From the IMG/VR virus record IMGVR_UViG_3300022748_000181, positions 1 through 59,688 of that record: a stretch of DNA of 59,688 bases. One strand, written 5' to 3'. This stretch comes from a virus (taxonomy: Duplodnaviria > Caudoviricetes). Each line of letters opens with the position of its first letter. Position 1 is the stretch's first letter. A program made the position numbers and the translations under genes. Under the pieces are notes generated by a model. It ran no database searches and had not been told where the DNA came from. It worked only from the letters and a program-made list of their open reading frames with translations. Below, one piece after another: positions 28,313 through 39,697 of the stretch.

Positions 28313-31300
28313 TCATGGCATATACCCTGGGCTATTAAGCAAGAAGTCTGATGCAAACGTATGACTGTTTATCAAACCATTACCTGTTGTTGCTGTGCCT
28401 ACACCAACATCGTACCAAATTTCCCCTGTAGCAATGTCTGTATTGGCAGCAAGAGTTACTTGACCTGCTGTGTTTACCATACCAATTGGGTTATAAGAAA
28501 CTTTATTGGCTATGGTTGTAACTCCGTTGACAATTAAGTTTCCTGTGTTCCAGGTAGTAGTTGGGCCTACTCCAACTACTGCAACAATATTGGCATTGTG
28601 CACAGTTTCCAACAAACGAACATTGGCACTAGATCCAACTTGGGTAATAAATTCCCCAATATTGGCGCTGATTGCATGTGTTGCAGTTAGTAGGTAACTT
28701 ACGTTTCCAGTAACGGTGTAAGTTGCAGGGCTTGCACCAACATTTGATTTAGTAACAGTTGAGTTTGGCACAACTTGCTGACGACTTCCGTCTGTTGCAA
28801 TGCTGCCCTGTGCTTGTACTAATGTCGGAGTACCATCTACACCACGACGTATTTGTGTAACTGAGTTAACGTCAATGATTTCTGCATTGGTTGCCACAAC
28901 ATTAAATGTTGCACCATATACGTTGCCAGTTGTGACATAAGTATTTCCGCTATAAGAAATCAATGACCCCGTTGTAACAGTTAGGTTAGCAGTCCACGGA
29001 GTTACTGTGTCATGACTGTAATTTCTGTAGTAGGTAATCTTTTCGCCGTTTACAAACAGTACGCCGGGAATAGCCATATCAGGGTTGGCTTGTGGTAATA
29101 CTGATGCATCAGTTAAGTGTACCACTGTATCTGTCAAGTGCAGAGTTTGACTTAATGTGGTTGTGTTGGCTGCTGCAATTCTATAGAAATGCCGACCTTG
29201 GTTTAAATCGTCAAACAATCTAAATGCATAGTCGTTAACAGTCGGGCTAACATTAGAGAATACACTAATGTTTACACTGTCAAACATCTGGCCCGGTACT
29301 AATTCTTCTGGGGCGTGGCTTTCATACGTATCAACATATGCTCCGCCATCAATTAAGATGTCGCTAGGGTCAACTCCCAGTGCATCAGTAAAGCGACTTT
29401 GAATTATGCTGTCTGTGTTGATACCAACCTTAGTCATCGAGTCTGCATATACTTGCTCAACGTTGGCAGATATATTTGCAAACGAACCACCGGCATCAAA
29501 TACGTTGCCAGTTGTCAAGTACAAGTTACCACCGTATGTAATTAACTTGTCCGGGAACACTACAAGGTTAGCAGTCCAAAGCTCTGCGGTATTGCCATCA
29601 ACGATTACACCAGGATAACTAATACCATCAACATATAGACTTAGATCAACGTTGCCGTTAAACGCAGTAATTCTATCATTTGCAGAAGTAAAGTCTCCTG
29701 CACCGATTTGAGTTACGTTAGCAATCGGGAACTCTACATTGGCATCAATTGTATAGTCGTTCTGATCTAATTTGTACAATATCTCGTCTAGACGTATGAT
29801 TGTGTTTGCTGCAATAACTTGTCCTGCAACAACTTCATCCCATGGTTGGAATACATTTGATGTAGTATACGAAGTTCTATCAAACTTGATTTTTGTCTTA
29901 ACGCTACGAACAACGTTGTGTCCGGTATTGTTACCGTCAAAGATGTTACGTAGTACAGCTCTTGCTACTGCGCCTGTGCCAGTGCCATTGATAACAATAG
30001 TCGGAATACTAGTGTATCCAGAACCTGGGTTAGTAATAACAATGCCAGATAGCTGACCATATGCATTTACTTCAGCATACCCTTCGGCTCCTTTACCATT
30101 GCCACCAACAAAAGAAATTTGCGGTGGTAACAAGTAACCTGTACCGGGACGCTCAATAATAGTATCTACTACCTTGTATGCATAATTGTTTGCCCACTGG
30201 CTATATACTCCAGTTTGTAACTTTGCTGCGTCTGACGACAATTCACCGCTTGGGCTTCTGTAAACATTTACGTTACTATCCCAGTATGGTGGCAAGTCAA
30301 AGTCTGTAATATCTCCATCAAATTGATCTTGACGTTCGTAGTCAACTACAAACTCGCGAATAATAGTTCTGTATGGTTTAACTTCGTTGATATAATCAAC
30401 ATAGAAGTTTTGGTTGTCAGAAATATATGCCGGGAACTGCTCCAACTTACGAATATGTTGTATAGCGTTAATAAAGCTGGTCTTAAATAACCAATCAACG
30501 TTACGCTGTTCTGTTAAGATATACTTGATAATTGTAAAGAAAATCTTGTTGTATTCACTTGCAATATCATCAGTAAATATCTCTTGCTTCATGGCCAACA
30601 ACATCTGACGAGTTTCTTTTGCAGGTGGCATAACGTTGGACAATACTTGAATAGTACCCGATTCAATACCAACCAAGTTTAACTTCAAAGAACTATCAAT
30701 GTGATATACTAAGAATTTGCCATGTCCGTCATCTAACACCTTGATATATGTATTAGGTTGTAGTGTTAACTTACCAAACTCTAAGTTGTTTGCAACGGTC
30801 AAGTCCGGGGTTGAGGTTGGGTCATACGAACTATCAAACCAATCTGTGTAATACCAGTACAAACTGGTCTTGAAACTCTGTACTCGAGGTTCAGAGTTAA
30901 ACGCAGTACCATTCCATGTGTAGATAGCCCACTTAGTAGAGTAGTTAACATCATCGAGTACAATTACTTTAGTACCAACTGATAACTTATTTGGATTAAT
31001 GTAAGATAATTCAATAAACGTATCAACTGATAAATCGTATTCGCCAGAATCTGCTGCCGGCACAGGTTCGCTACTGTTCATTAAAGTCAGTGGCTTTCTG
31101 ATAACCGTTGGATACTCGGCCAAGAAGTTATTGATCAAGTAAATGACGTTGTACAATGCATCATCTTTACGCATGATCATTGTTTGCACAGGACGATTGC
31201 CGATGCCGTAACGTTGGCTTACTGGCAAGGATGGGTCTGGCACAGGATTTCCGTTTGCATCAATACCAGACAAACTGTCATTGAGCTTGTTGATCAATTG

Positions 31301-34300
31301 AGCAGGAATTGGATTAGTAGTGTTACCTTCTTGAACTAACGCATATTCACTATGAATTAGTTTCTGTTCGCCAATCTGTGTCCCTAGGTGCAATATTGAA
31401 TTTTGACCAGTTAATAACTGGTTCACATTGTACATAGCAATACTGTCATTACGAAGTACTGTTGCATAAGGAATACCTTGCTCAGCTGGGCTTTCAATTG
31501 CATTAGCAATGGCCACGACGCTGTTGCTCTTGCCAGCACGGGTATTAATAATATCTCTGTTTGATACCCAGAAATAGTACTTCAATTTGATATTGCCGCC
31601 TTGGTCAACATATCCAGAAGTACAATATGCGCTGTCGTCTGCGTGTAACGGAGTACCAGAACCAGTATACTGACTTGGAACAGTGGTGCTTTCTACCCAC
31701 TCGTATACGTCAACACTGCTGCCCGGGAATGTTTGCCCCCAACGTGTGAGTCTATAGATCAATGCATCCTGTTCGTAATCAATGTAACGAATAGAATCCA
31801 AATTCCACCAAATCTTACCAACTTGGTTTGCACCCCAATGCAAGTCAGGAGAAACAACGCCTGTACCTGCGTTGTACATTGCAGGATCAGCGATTACTTT
31901 AAAGTCAATGTCTTTATCAATTGTGCTTAACAACTTGCCTTTGGCTGGATCAATAAAGTCCAATGCTGCAAGAATGTTGTTGTCAGTCTTGTTATAGATA
32001 AATGTACGACTAATAGTGTCAATATCAACTTTGGCCTGTTGCTGTCTTGTCAAAGTCCAACCCAACTTACCCAATAAGTTATTGTAAGTATAAGCTGAGC
32101 CAGCAGTAGCGTTAGATCCAGGTGCACCAGCAACAATCAATGTTCTTGATACATCAACTGATGAACCAAACAAGTCGCCTGCACTTAGTTGTGCTTCTAA
32201 CTCGTGTGCAAATACATATTGACCAGCATTACCAACTTGGCTTTGATCAATTTGATTTTCAAATACGTAGGTTACGCCGCTGTCATAAATCTCATCAACA
32301 AACTTTGTAGTATCGCTGTCAATTATTGTAGCGAACTCATCAAAGTATGTGTGCTCATCAGTAGAGCTGCCTTGGCTACCAACGGCCAATACTGCGGCAT
32401 CGCTGCTGACACTTACACTTACGCCAAAACGGCCTATGTCCATGGTAGGTTGTGTTAGTAACTGTGTGTAATTGTATGTGCTGCCATTCAATGCATAACG
32501 CTCAAGTGCACCATTGGCCTGCCCTGATTCGCTTGACCCAGGAATACCAATTAATAAGTTAGTACCTGTAGCATCAATGTCTAAGCTATAACCAAACAAG
32601 GCACTGTCATTCTTAGATTGACTAGAGATAGTGGCCTGTGCTGTTGCAAAAGTATTTCCGTTATAAACATACACGTTACCCGCCTTGGCAAATACGTTAG
32701 TGGCTTCGGGTGCAGATACAAATACCTTGGTACCATTGCTGTTTACTTTTACCACGCTACCAAACTTAGATGCCACTGGTCCGGTATGCTTTGATACCCA
32801 TCCAAATGTATCTGCTGTTTGTGTATAATATGCTTCTACAATGTTATTAGTTGCATCGCCGATGTACAGGTGCTTTAAGTCAGAGCTCAAGCTAATGCTG
32901 TTAATTGCTGTAACGTTGGCACTCTTGATAGTTTGTAGTTTAGTTACTGTAGCGTTAGCCCAGTGTCTATAAACGTGAACGTTGGCATCTGTGGTACTAC
33001 CAACAATCAATAAGTTACCTTGTGACTCGACCACGCTACCAAAGTTTGCAATAGCATTTGACACGGTTACATTGGCATGCAATGTACCTGCTACGTTGGC
33101 AAATACCTGAACACTCTTGTTGCCAGGGTTACCAACATAAACGTAATTATTGTTGCTGCTGATTTTTACGCTGGTACCAAATTTATCATTGCCTTGTGCA
33201 ACGTTAGCAGTCAAGTGAGTTAAGCCAGTTTCTGGCCACGGAGTTGTGTAAGTGTAAACACCCCAACCGTCAGTTGTTGCACTGTCGACCCATACACGAT
33301 CGTTTTCTATCCAACCGTGTTTAGGTATTGTGTTAACTGCTAGATCTGTGATAGAATTGATCTTTGCAGATACCAATGAATACACAATACCATTGCCAGA
33401 CAAGCTAAGTCCTCTAAGTAATCTCTTAAGAGCAACTTCGTTTTTAATTTCAATTGTAACAGTCAACAAGTTAGGAACCGACAATACTTTGTAAACACCA
33501 TCAAAGTCTGGGTCAAAGTATTTTAGAACCAGTGCATCGTTTTCAACAAACGGATGGTGGTCATTGAACTGCAACTGAGCAAATGTGTCTAGTGTGTAAG
33601 TTACTGCAACTGCATTAATGTCAGTTTCGTTAACTCGTAAAATATCCCACTGACCGGTGCCGTCCTTGGCAACCCATACTTTGTCACCGGAGCCTAGTTT
33701 AGTCAAAGGATCAGTAAACTTGTTGATATCAAATACTGAATAGTCAACATCTTCTGCGTTCATATATCCAACGCTAGGCAAATCAGTCATGTATGCATGA
33801 TTCGCTCTGTTACCATAGATGTTGGTACTGACATTAGATACGTTGCTTGCGTTATATACATTAGACGCAGTTGAAAGGTTAACAATAATGTTACCTGTGC
33901 TGTATTCGTTGTCAGTGAAAGTAAATGCAACTGGATTAGAATTAAAGGTGCTTTGGTCCAATACAAATTCAGTAAATGTATTGCTGTTTACGCCGCCATA
34001 TAAACCAACTCTAAATGCCCACTCTTCATGTATATTGATATTACCAGTAACGTTGTTAAAGTTGGCTTTGGTCAATGCGGTGATTGAATTCAAGCTGCCC
34101 TTTTCTTTAATATATCCTTGATATAACTTGGTCTGAGTTGGAATACTGATACCGAGATCAGTTAGATACGGTCTCGGTCTAAAGCCAATTAAACCTGCAC
34201 TAAAGTTTTGTAATGTTTCGTCAACAGGCGGTTTGTCAATATCGTAGATGTTTTCAAACTTCTGGGCGTTGTGTCCAAGGCTAGGTAACAAGCCAGTCTT

Positions 34301-37300
34301 GATATCAGACTTGTTAATCTTGGTCCATAGTGTTGGATCAAACTTTAATAAAGCAGGCATATCCTTTGTGGCAGTGTAATAATAACTGTTGTAGGTTACT
34401 AAATCACCAATCTTATAATCCTTACCTTGTGTCCATTCTGGAATGTTAGGATCATTGTACATATATCCAGGTGCGCTTAATGCGCCGGTCCAGATACCAG
34501 TCTTAACGCCATTTAGTTTCAAACGATTTTGTCTTGTACCCAAAGTCGGAATATAGAAGATGTCTCCAAATTCACTAATGTTGTCAAATACCAATACGTG
34601 TTCAAACTGGATTAAATCAAATCTAGCGAAACAGATACCTGTTCCGTCTAGTGTTGAGATATAGAAATTATTTCCCACAACTGGCTCATCAGTTCTAATG
34701 ATGTTGAAGTTGCTGGTCTTGATAGGCAAGAAGTTCTGATCTAATATTTTGCTGCCATTTGTTAGATTACTGATTTCACCAACAATGCTGCCCTGTGTAG
34801 ACAAGTTCAATTTACTTGAAATAGGGTTTAATACGATGATACTATTTGCGCTCCAACCTTGTTGGCTCCAGTATAGTAATTCGTTAACACTTAATGTCCA
34901 ATTTCTTTCTGTTTGCAAGTCTGTGTCAAATTGTGTAAACACAAACCCTTGCTTGGTTAAGAAACGCTCGTAGCTTATTAAGAAGTCTGCTACCTGTTGG
35001 ATACTAGTGAACTCAGTACCATAAGGAATTAACACTGGGTCCGCGGATGCAGAACTGTAAATCTTAGCAGATGCAGAATTAATAGTGGCAGTTTGGAAAT
35101 TAGCATCAATAACGCTTGGGTATATTGTAAAGAACGGCTTAGAAGTATCGTAACCGGTTACTGAATATCCCGACAATGTCTTTTCAACAATAACTGCACT
35201 GTATGTAACTGTGTTAACAGGTACAGATGAATCTAAGTATAGAGTATAATTAGCATCAGGAACAACAACACTGGCATTGGTTGATCCTGGTGTAGTTTGT
35301 TCTGCGTATACAGTAATTAAATTCTTATCAGTAAAACCGCCAACTTTACATGTCAATTGTACTGACATGTTTTTTAAGAATGTGTTAACTTTATCAACCG
35401 CAGCAACGCCTTGATTGGTAAGACTATCAACAATCCAGTTTATATATCCACTTGAACGTAAAACTGTTCCAGGCACTGAACTACTATCGCCGTTGACCAC
35501 AATGGTATCGGGGCTGAGTTTCTTATTATCAATTGTTGAGAAATGACCAGTCTGCGGATTCTTAAAGAATTTATGTATGTCTAGCTGTGTACCAAAATAT
35601 TTGGCAGGCTTAGACAATGCAATGGCCAATTGGATAGCATATGGATAGTCGCCGCTGCGGCGCCATGCAATTTCAACTGGACCATGTTCACCGGGGCTCC
35701 ATGGCTTTCCGGCTTGTTGTGGGTTAGCTGACTTAACCAACGAGACATCAGTAGGTGATATCAAGTTACCAGCGTTGTCAACTGGGATAAACGATGTTAG
35801 TCCCGGACGAGCAAATCTAGTATCGTAATAAGGTGCACCATCGTTCCAGATGTATCCACTTTCTAAATCTTCCCATAATACAGCGTTGCCGCTGGTATAC
35901 GGACCTGCGCCGTAACGACCATCCCACCAACTTGGCTTAGAGCTAATGCCCAACATGGCCCATGGTGTAATATTCGGAGTATCGGTGTCATACCAATATT
36001 CATATATTGCACGCCACGAACCTTGCAAATATGACCCATCAACTACATCCGTAAACTTGGCGTAATTCCATGTCCATGAGTTGTTTGGATCATATACTGT
36101 GTTAGAAGTATAATCTAAATTATTTTGCCCAGTCCATTCAGAGAATGACTGACTAAGAATAGTTTCAAACTCAAGATCTGAGTAATCAGTTTTTCTAAAT
36201 CGACCAGGGATTACATCGTACAAGTCAATAAAGTTGTTTGCATAGTCTACTTTGATGTTGTTATAGATACGCTTTTCTAATTCTAGAATGTACTGATCTC
36301 TAAAATCGCCAAAGGCAGGGGTAATACTACCATCGTGTCCACGTATTACGCTAATAGGTGTTTGGTATGTATTATCAACAAAAATCTCTGGCTTGAACTT
36401 TGGATACAATCCAAGTTTAGTAGGAGTTTCTGGCACATAGTTGCCGTCTGTGTTAAAGTAGTCACGAATGTAAATTACATCGCCAAAGTTAAATGTAACG
36501 TTAAAAGTAACAGATGGACTAATGGTGCTGAATACATAATCAGTGCCTTCAATTAATTGAACTCCATTTAGATAAATCAATATTGATCTATTACTCAACT
36601 CATGGTTGTTGAAAATAGAGCTGATTTCGTATGTAGTTTGTCTAACGTTTAGTACATCATATGTTACAGATGTAAAGTTTCCGCCCTGCGGTACCATATC
36701 ACTATAGTACCAAGGGAAACTGCTGTTCTTGACTGCATTAATAGTTTGAAGAATCGTGTCAACACCCGACACCGGATCTTTGTAGTTCAAGTTAGTTAAG
36801 CTGCTGCATAGTCCCAGAAACTTGTTCTTAAACTTGGTGTATTCTTTCTTGGCCAACGATAGACCGTTGATAAAGTTAATGTCAGGATTATTCATAAACC
36901 CAACAGCATATATCAATGGTGAGCTGTGTTGCATTAACGTACCAGTATGATCTCTTACATACAAGTCTTGCACCGGAATAGTACCGCTAGATACTACACT
37001 GGTATTTTCTAATAGCTTGTCGTAGTGACTACGAATTTGGCCAAGCGTAACTGAACTAAAGTTTCCATTCAGTGGATTGTATTCAAGGTTACGTGGAATT
37101 TCGTAGAAGCTTTCTGCACTGGCCTGATCACTAAAGATCAATACATCAATCTTGTCTCCAACTGCGGGTAGAGTTTCTAAAACAATAACATCATAGATAC
37201 CAACTTTAATAAAGTTGTAGTCAGTCTTGGGAGTTAACAATGCATTGTTTAAATAAACTTTTGTATGTGGTACCGTTGTTTGTGCCGCAGGTAATATATC

Positions 37301-39697
37301 AACTTGAACAAACGCTTTTTCAACGCCGTTGTCGGTGATGACATAACCATCAAAGAATTTTGTAAACACTTGATATTGTTTAGTTTCACCACTGATAGCT
37401 GTCCAGTTGTTATATTTGTCAATGACCGCTAGACCGTCGTTTTCCAAAATATAACCGGAGTTTGCATTAACTGTATAAGTTGTTTGATCTAGTGTATATG
37501 TAAATGTGTCCGAATCATAATAGTTAGTAAAACTAATGTCACCTACGTTGTTAAAAGTCTGATACTTTAACGGGAAGCCCAGTACCGGATCATTTGATCC
37601 TGTGCCAACTGTGTATCCAAAGAACTTTGTGCCGGCAAATGTGCTGCCAGGGTAAACGGTTGTATCGCTAAAGCTGTAGTCATTACTGTCAATTAAGTCA
37701 TACAGAGGAGCTTGGTTTACACCAGTCTTGGCTTGGCACTCGATCCATTCAGATCCAGTGAATCTAAACGTCTTGGCCTTGTTGACATCTCCGCCACATA
37801 CTAGAACCTGTTGTCCAGCAAATATAGGGTCGTCACTTGTTTCAACAAGAGTAACATAATTATTGCTATTGATATTTTCAATAACAACTTCATATACTTT
37901 GTTCAACGTGTTGGTGTCGTAATCTTTTGCAAATACTACACGGTCACCTGTTTTTAATACTGCACCATCTACTGTTGCAGATACCTGCCCTTCAACTTCA
38001 TTGAACGCATCAGTTGCATCAAATGTAATGTAGTCAATATTTTTCTTGGCTTGCTTACCTGTGTTAAACAACTGAAGATCTCGATCAAATTCAATGATAG
38101 GTCTACGAGCAGGAAGGTTGGGGCCATAGTTTGCTGCGGTATTGTTATAGGTCGCAGTAGCATCAATAACATCAACATGGAACCATCTGTTGTATCTGCT
38201 CCAAGGGTTTCTATCTTCACTGGCACGATTGATAGTGATATAGTCTGGAGTTGTAGTGATGTATGCTCCAAAGTCTTCAACAACTTCTAGTTCGCTAACA
38301 GGCACTAAACGAATAGCTACACCAACGCCTTCAACGTAGAATTCAGTGTTTGCGTAGGCAGCAGGAACCACAGATGAGTCAAATTTGATCTTAAGACCAT
38401 TTGTAAACTTAACGCCATTAGGGCTGGTGTAACCTACTGAACCTGTAATATCTTTATCAACGTCAATGGTAGAACCAGCAGTATCGACAATTTTAATTTG
38501 CCCAGTAAATGCTGGATTTGTTCCATCTTGGTAAAATAAGTAGTCAGAGTTTGCAGTGATTATAGGAACAAGTGTGTAATTGTAATTGTTATCTAACCAG
38601 AACTGATTACTTGCATAGGTTTTACCTGATCCGATAAAAACCTTTTCACGTGGTAATACTGCAACTTCCTTGATTAGGTTGATTCTACAAGCAGGATCGT
38701 TTTCGTTAAGGGTACTCAATTGAATACGCCATACTGAACGACGGTCTTCAACAGGTACTGTAACGTTGTCCACTGTCCAGAATGCTGGATCAACATCGCT
38801 TGTAACAAAGACAAAAGTCTTGTTGTTAAACTGTGTGTCTAATCCATCTAGCCCATCTGGATGTGCTGCTAAGAAATCACTTAACAACTGACCCTGGATA
38901 TCAGTATAATGGAATGATACTGCTGCCGCAGGGCTTGCCTTGATAGGCATTTGAATATAAAAGTCCTGTGCGTTTGCACTAGGTACATGGAAAATAACTT
39001 CACCAACATCATCGCCGTTGTTAGACACACCAAATATCTGTCTAGTAGAAACAGTAGACACATTTGAATCTGTGCCCGACACGCCGGACTGAGTTTGAAT
39101 CCAGAACTTTGAACCAGGTTGGTCAACTACAAATTTATATGTACCGCCACGAGCCAGAGTTAATTGCAAGTTAGGATGTGTGCCAACTCCGCTGAATACA
39201 TATCCACCGATGTCAGTATTCTTTGTTACAGTAAATGTATTTTGCAATGGCACCGATCCAGCAAATACATTAACTGCATCCGGACCAGACGGTAACCAAT
39301 AATAATCGTAGTATCTAACAAACTTATCAAAATCAAAGTGTCCGTTAAATGAATATGCCTCGGCAGAGAACAATCGTTGATGGTTATTTGTTATGCCATT
39401 ACTGTTGGCAATGCTTTTCAACAAATCAAGATAACCAGACGAAAACGTTACATTATTGTTATCATCTTTAATGGTAATAGATGGCTCAAGTTGATAGTGC
39501 TTTCTAGCAGTATCTAACTCCGGAACATAATTGTCCTGTAACTTATACGTAGGTGCAAAAGTACGACCAATATAACCATTGATAGGCACGTTAACTGCTT
39601 GAGTATAAAGCTGATCTAACGTTGCGCCTAAGAATCGTTGGTTAGTTGATGTTCTAAATGCACCTGGCAAAAAGTTAATTGTGTTGTTTAACGCCAT
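28313..39697 (-). CDS. Giant virion structural protein (3794 aa; baseplate wedge/fibre-like)
   Basis: Start overlaps stop of gp6-like gene (TAATG); FG-GAP-like repeats (FGTSV, FGSVV, FGYSL, FGVSV, FGSSV); W...GDLVTYN-type modules; NPGSGYTS repeats; YINEVKPY. Confidence 0.75.
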   Translation of the reverse strand: MALNNTINFLPGAFRTSTNQRFLGATLDQLYTQAVNVPINGYIGRTFAPTYKLQDNYVPELDTARKHYQLEPSITIKDDNNNVTFSSGYLDLLKSIANSNGITNNHQRLFSAEAYSFNGHFDFDKFVRYYDYYWLPSGPDAVNVFAGSVPLQNTFTVTKNTDIGGYVFSGVGTHPNLQLTLARGGTYKFVVDQPGSKFWIQTQSGVSGTDSNVSTVSTRQIFGVSNNGDDVGEVIFHVPSANAQDFYIQMPIKASPAAAVSFHYTDIQGQLLSDFLAAHPDGLDGLDTQFNNKTFVFVTSDVDPAFWTVDNVTVPVEDRRSVWRIQLSTLNENDPACRINLIKEVAVLPREKVFIGSGKTYASNQFWLDNNYNYTLVPIITANSDYLFYQDGTNPAFTGQIKIVDTAGSTIDVDKDITGSVGYTSPNGVKFTNGLKIKFDSSVVPAAYANTEFYVEGVGVAIRLVPVSELEVVEDFGAYITTTPDYITINRASEDRNPWSRYNRWFHVDVIDATATYNNTAANYGPNLPARRPIIEFDRDLQLFNTGKQAKKNIDYITFDATDAFNEVEGQVSATVDGAVLKTGDRVVFAKDYDTNTLNKVYEVVIENINSNNYVTLVETSDDPIFAGQQVLVCGGDVNKAKTFRFTGSEWIECQAKTGVNQAPLYDLIDSNDYSFSDTTVYPGSTFAGTKFFGYTVGTGSNDPVLGFPLKYQTFNNVGDISFTNYYDSDTFTYTLDQTTYTVNANSGYILENDGLAVIDKYNNWTAISGETKQYQVFTKFFDGYVITDNGVEKAFVQVDILPAAQTTVPHTKVYLNNALLTPKTDYNFIKVGIYDVIVLETLPAVGDKIDVLIFSDQASAESFYEIPRNLEYNPLNGNFSSVTLGQIRSHYDKLLENTSVVSSGTIPVQDLYVRDHTGTLMQHSSPLIYAVGFMNNPDINFINGLSLAKKEYTKFKNKFLGLCSSLTNLNYKDPVSGVDTILQTINAVKNSSFPWYYSDMVPQGGNFTSVTYDVLNVRQTTYEISSIFNNHELSNRSILIYLNGVQLIEGTDYVFSTISPSVTFNVTFNFGDVIYIRDYFNTDGNYVPETPTKLGLYPKFKPEIFVDNTYQTPISVIRGHDGSITPAFGDFRDQYILELEKRIYNNIKVDYANNFIDLYDVIPGRFRKTDYSDLEFETILSQSFSEWTGQNNLDYTSNTVYDPNNSWTWNYAKFTDVVDGSYLQGSWRAIYEYWYDTDTPNITPWAMLGISSKPSWWDGRYGAGPYTSGNAVLWEDLESGYIWNDGAPYYDTRFARPGLTSFIPVDNAGNLISPTDVSLVKSANPQQAGKPWSPGEHGPVEIAWRRSGDYPYAIQLAIALSKPAKYFGTQLDIHKFFKNPQTGHFSTIDNKKLSPDTIVVNGDSSSVPGTVLRSSGYINWIVDSLTNQGVAAVDKVNTFLKNMSVQLTCKVGGFTDKNLITVYAEQTTPGSTNASVVVPDANYTLYLDSSVPVNTVTYSAVIVEKTLSGYSVTGYDTSKPFFTIYPSVIDANFQTATINSASAKIYSSASADPVLIPYGTEFTSIQQVADFLISYERFLTKQGFVFTQFDTDLQTERNWTLSVNELLYWSQQGWSANSIIVLNPISSKLNLSTQGSIVGEISNLTNGSKILDQNFLPIKTSNFNIIRTDEPVVGNNFYISTLDGTGICFARFDLIQFEHVLVFDNISEFGDIFYIPTLGTRQNRLKLNGVKTGIWTGALSAPGYMYNDPNIPEWTQGKDYKIGDLVTYNSYYYTATKDMPALLKFDPTLWTKINKSDIKTGLLPSLGHNAQKFENIYDIDKPPVDETLQNFSAGLIGFRPRPYLTDLGISIPTQTKLYQGYIKEKGSLNSITALTKANFNNVTGNINIHEEWAFRVGLYGGVNSNTFTEFVLDQSTFNSNPVAFTFTDNEYSTGNIIVNLSTASNVYNASNVSNVSTNIYGNRANHAYMTDLPSVGYMNAEDVDYSVFDINKFTDPLTKLGSGDKVWVAKDGTGQWDILRVNETDINAVAVTYTLDTFAQLQFNDHHPFVENDALVLKYFDPDFDGVYKVLSVPNLLTVTIEIKNEVALKRLLRGLSLSGNGIVYSLVSAKINSITDLAVNTIPKHGWIENDRVWVDSATTDGWGVYTYTTPWPETGLTHLTANVAQGNDKFGTSVKISSNNNYVYVGNPGNKSVQVFANVAGTLHANVTVSNAIANFGSVVESQGNLLIVGSTTDANVHVYRHWANATVTKLQTIKSANVTAINSISLSSDLKHLYIGDATNNIVEAYYTQTADTFGWVSKHTGPVASKFGSVVKVNSNGTKVFVSAPEATNVFAKAGNVYVYNGNTFATAQATISSQSKNDSALFGYSLDIDATGTNLLIGIPGSSESGQANGALERYALNGSTYNYTQLLTQPTMDIGRFGVSVSVSSDAAVLAVGSQGSSTDEHTYFDEFATIIDSDTTKFVDEIYDSGVTYVFENQIDQSQVGNAGQYVFAHELEAQLSAGDLFGSSVDVSRTLIVAGAPGSNATAGSAYTYNNLLGKLGWTLTRQQQAKVDIDTISRTFIYNKTDNNILAALDFIDPAKGKLLSTIDKDIDFKVIADPAMYNAGTGVVSPDLHWGANQVGKIWWNLDSIRYIDYEQDALIYRLTRWGQTFPGSSVDVYEWVESTTVPSQYTGSGTPLHADDSAYCTSGYVDQGGNIKLKYYFWVSNRDIINTRAGKSNSVVAIANAIESPAEQGIPYATVLRNDSIAMYNVNQLLTGQNSILHLGTQIGEQKLIHSEYALVQEGNTTNPIPAQLINKLNDSLSGIDANGNPVPDPSLPVSQRYGIGNRPVQTMIMRKDDALYNVIYLINNFLAEYPTVIRKPLTLMNSSEPVPAADSGEYDLSVDTFIELSYINPNKLSVGTKVIVLDDVNYSTKWAIYTWNGTAFNSEPRVQSFKTSLYWYYTDWFDSSYDPTSTPDLTVANNLEFGKLTLQPNTYIKVLDDGHGKFLVYHIDSSLKLNLVGIESGTIQVLSNVMPPAKETRQMLLAMKQEIFTDDIASEYNKIFFTIIKYILTEQRNVDWLFKTSFINAIQHIRKLEQFPAYISDNQNFYVDYINEVKPYRTIIREFVVDYERQDQFDGDITDFDLPPYWDSNVNVYRSPSGELSSDAAKLQTGVYSQWANNYAYKVVDTIIERPGTGYLLPPQISFVGGNGKGAEGYAEVNAYGQLSGIVITNPGSGYTSIPTIVINGTGTGAVARAVLRNIFDGNNTGHNVVRSVKTKIKFDRTSYTTSNVFQPWDEVVAGQVIAANTIIRLDEILYKLDQNDYTIDANVEFPIANVTQIGAGDFTSANDRITAFNGNVDLSLYVDGISYPGVIVDGNTAELWTANLVVFPDKLITYGGNLYLTTGNVFDAGGSFANISANVEQVYADSMTKVGINTDSIIQSRFTDALGVDPSDILIDGGAYVDTYESHAPEELVPGQMFDSVNISVFSNVSPTVNDYAFRLFDDLNQGRHFYRIAAANTTTLSQTLHLTDTVVHLTDASVLPQANPDMAIPGVLFVNGEKITYYRNYSHDTVTPWTANLTVTTGSLISYSGNTYVTTGNVYGATFNVVATNAEIIDVNSVTQIRRGVDGTPTLVQAQGSIATDGSRQQVVPNSTVTKSNVGASPATYTVTGNVSYLLTATHAISANIGEFITQVGSSANVRLLETVHNANIVAVVGVGPTTTWNTGNLIVNGVTTIANKVSYNPIGMVNTAGQVTLAANTDIATGEIWYDVGVGTATTGNGLINSHTFASDFLLNSPGYMP

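Noticed and set aside
20013-30056. Many + strand ORFs rich in Val/Pro/Leu opposite fibre genes (for example 22993..23532, 23539..24087)
   Set aside because: Antisense frames kept open by Thr/Gly/Asn codon bias; no motifs or RBS
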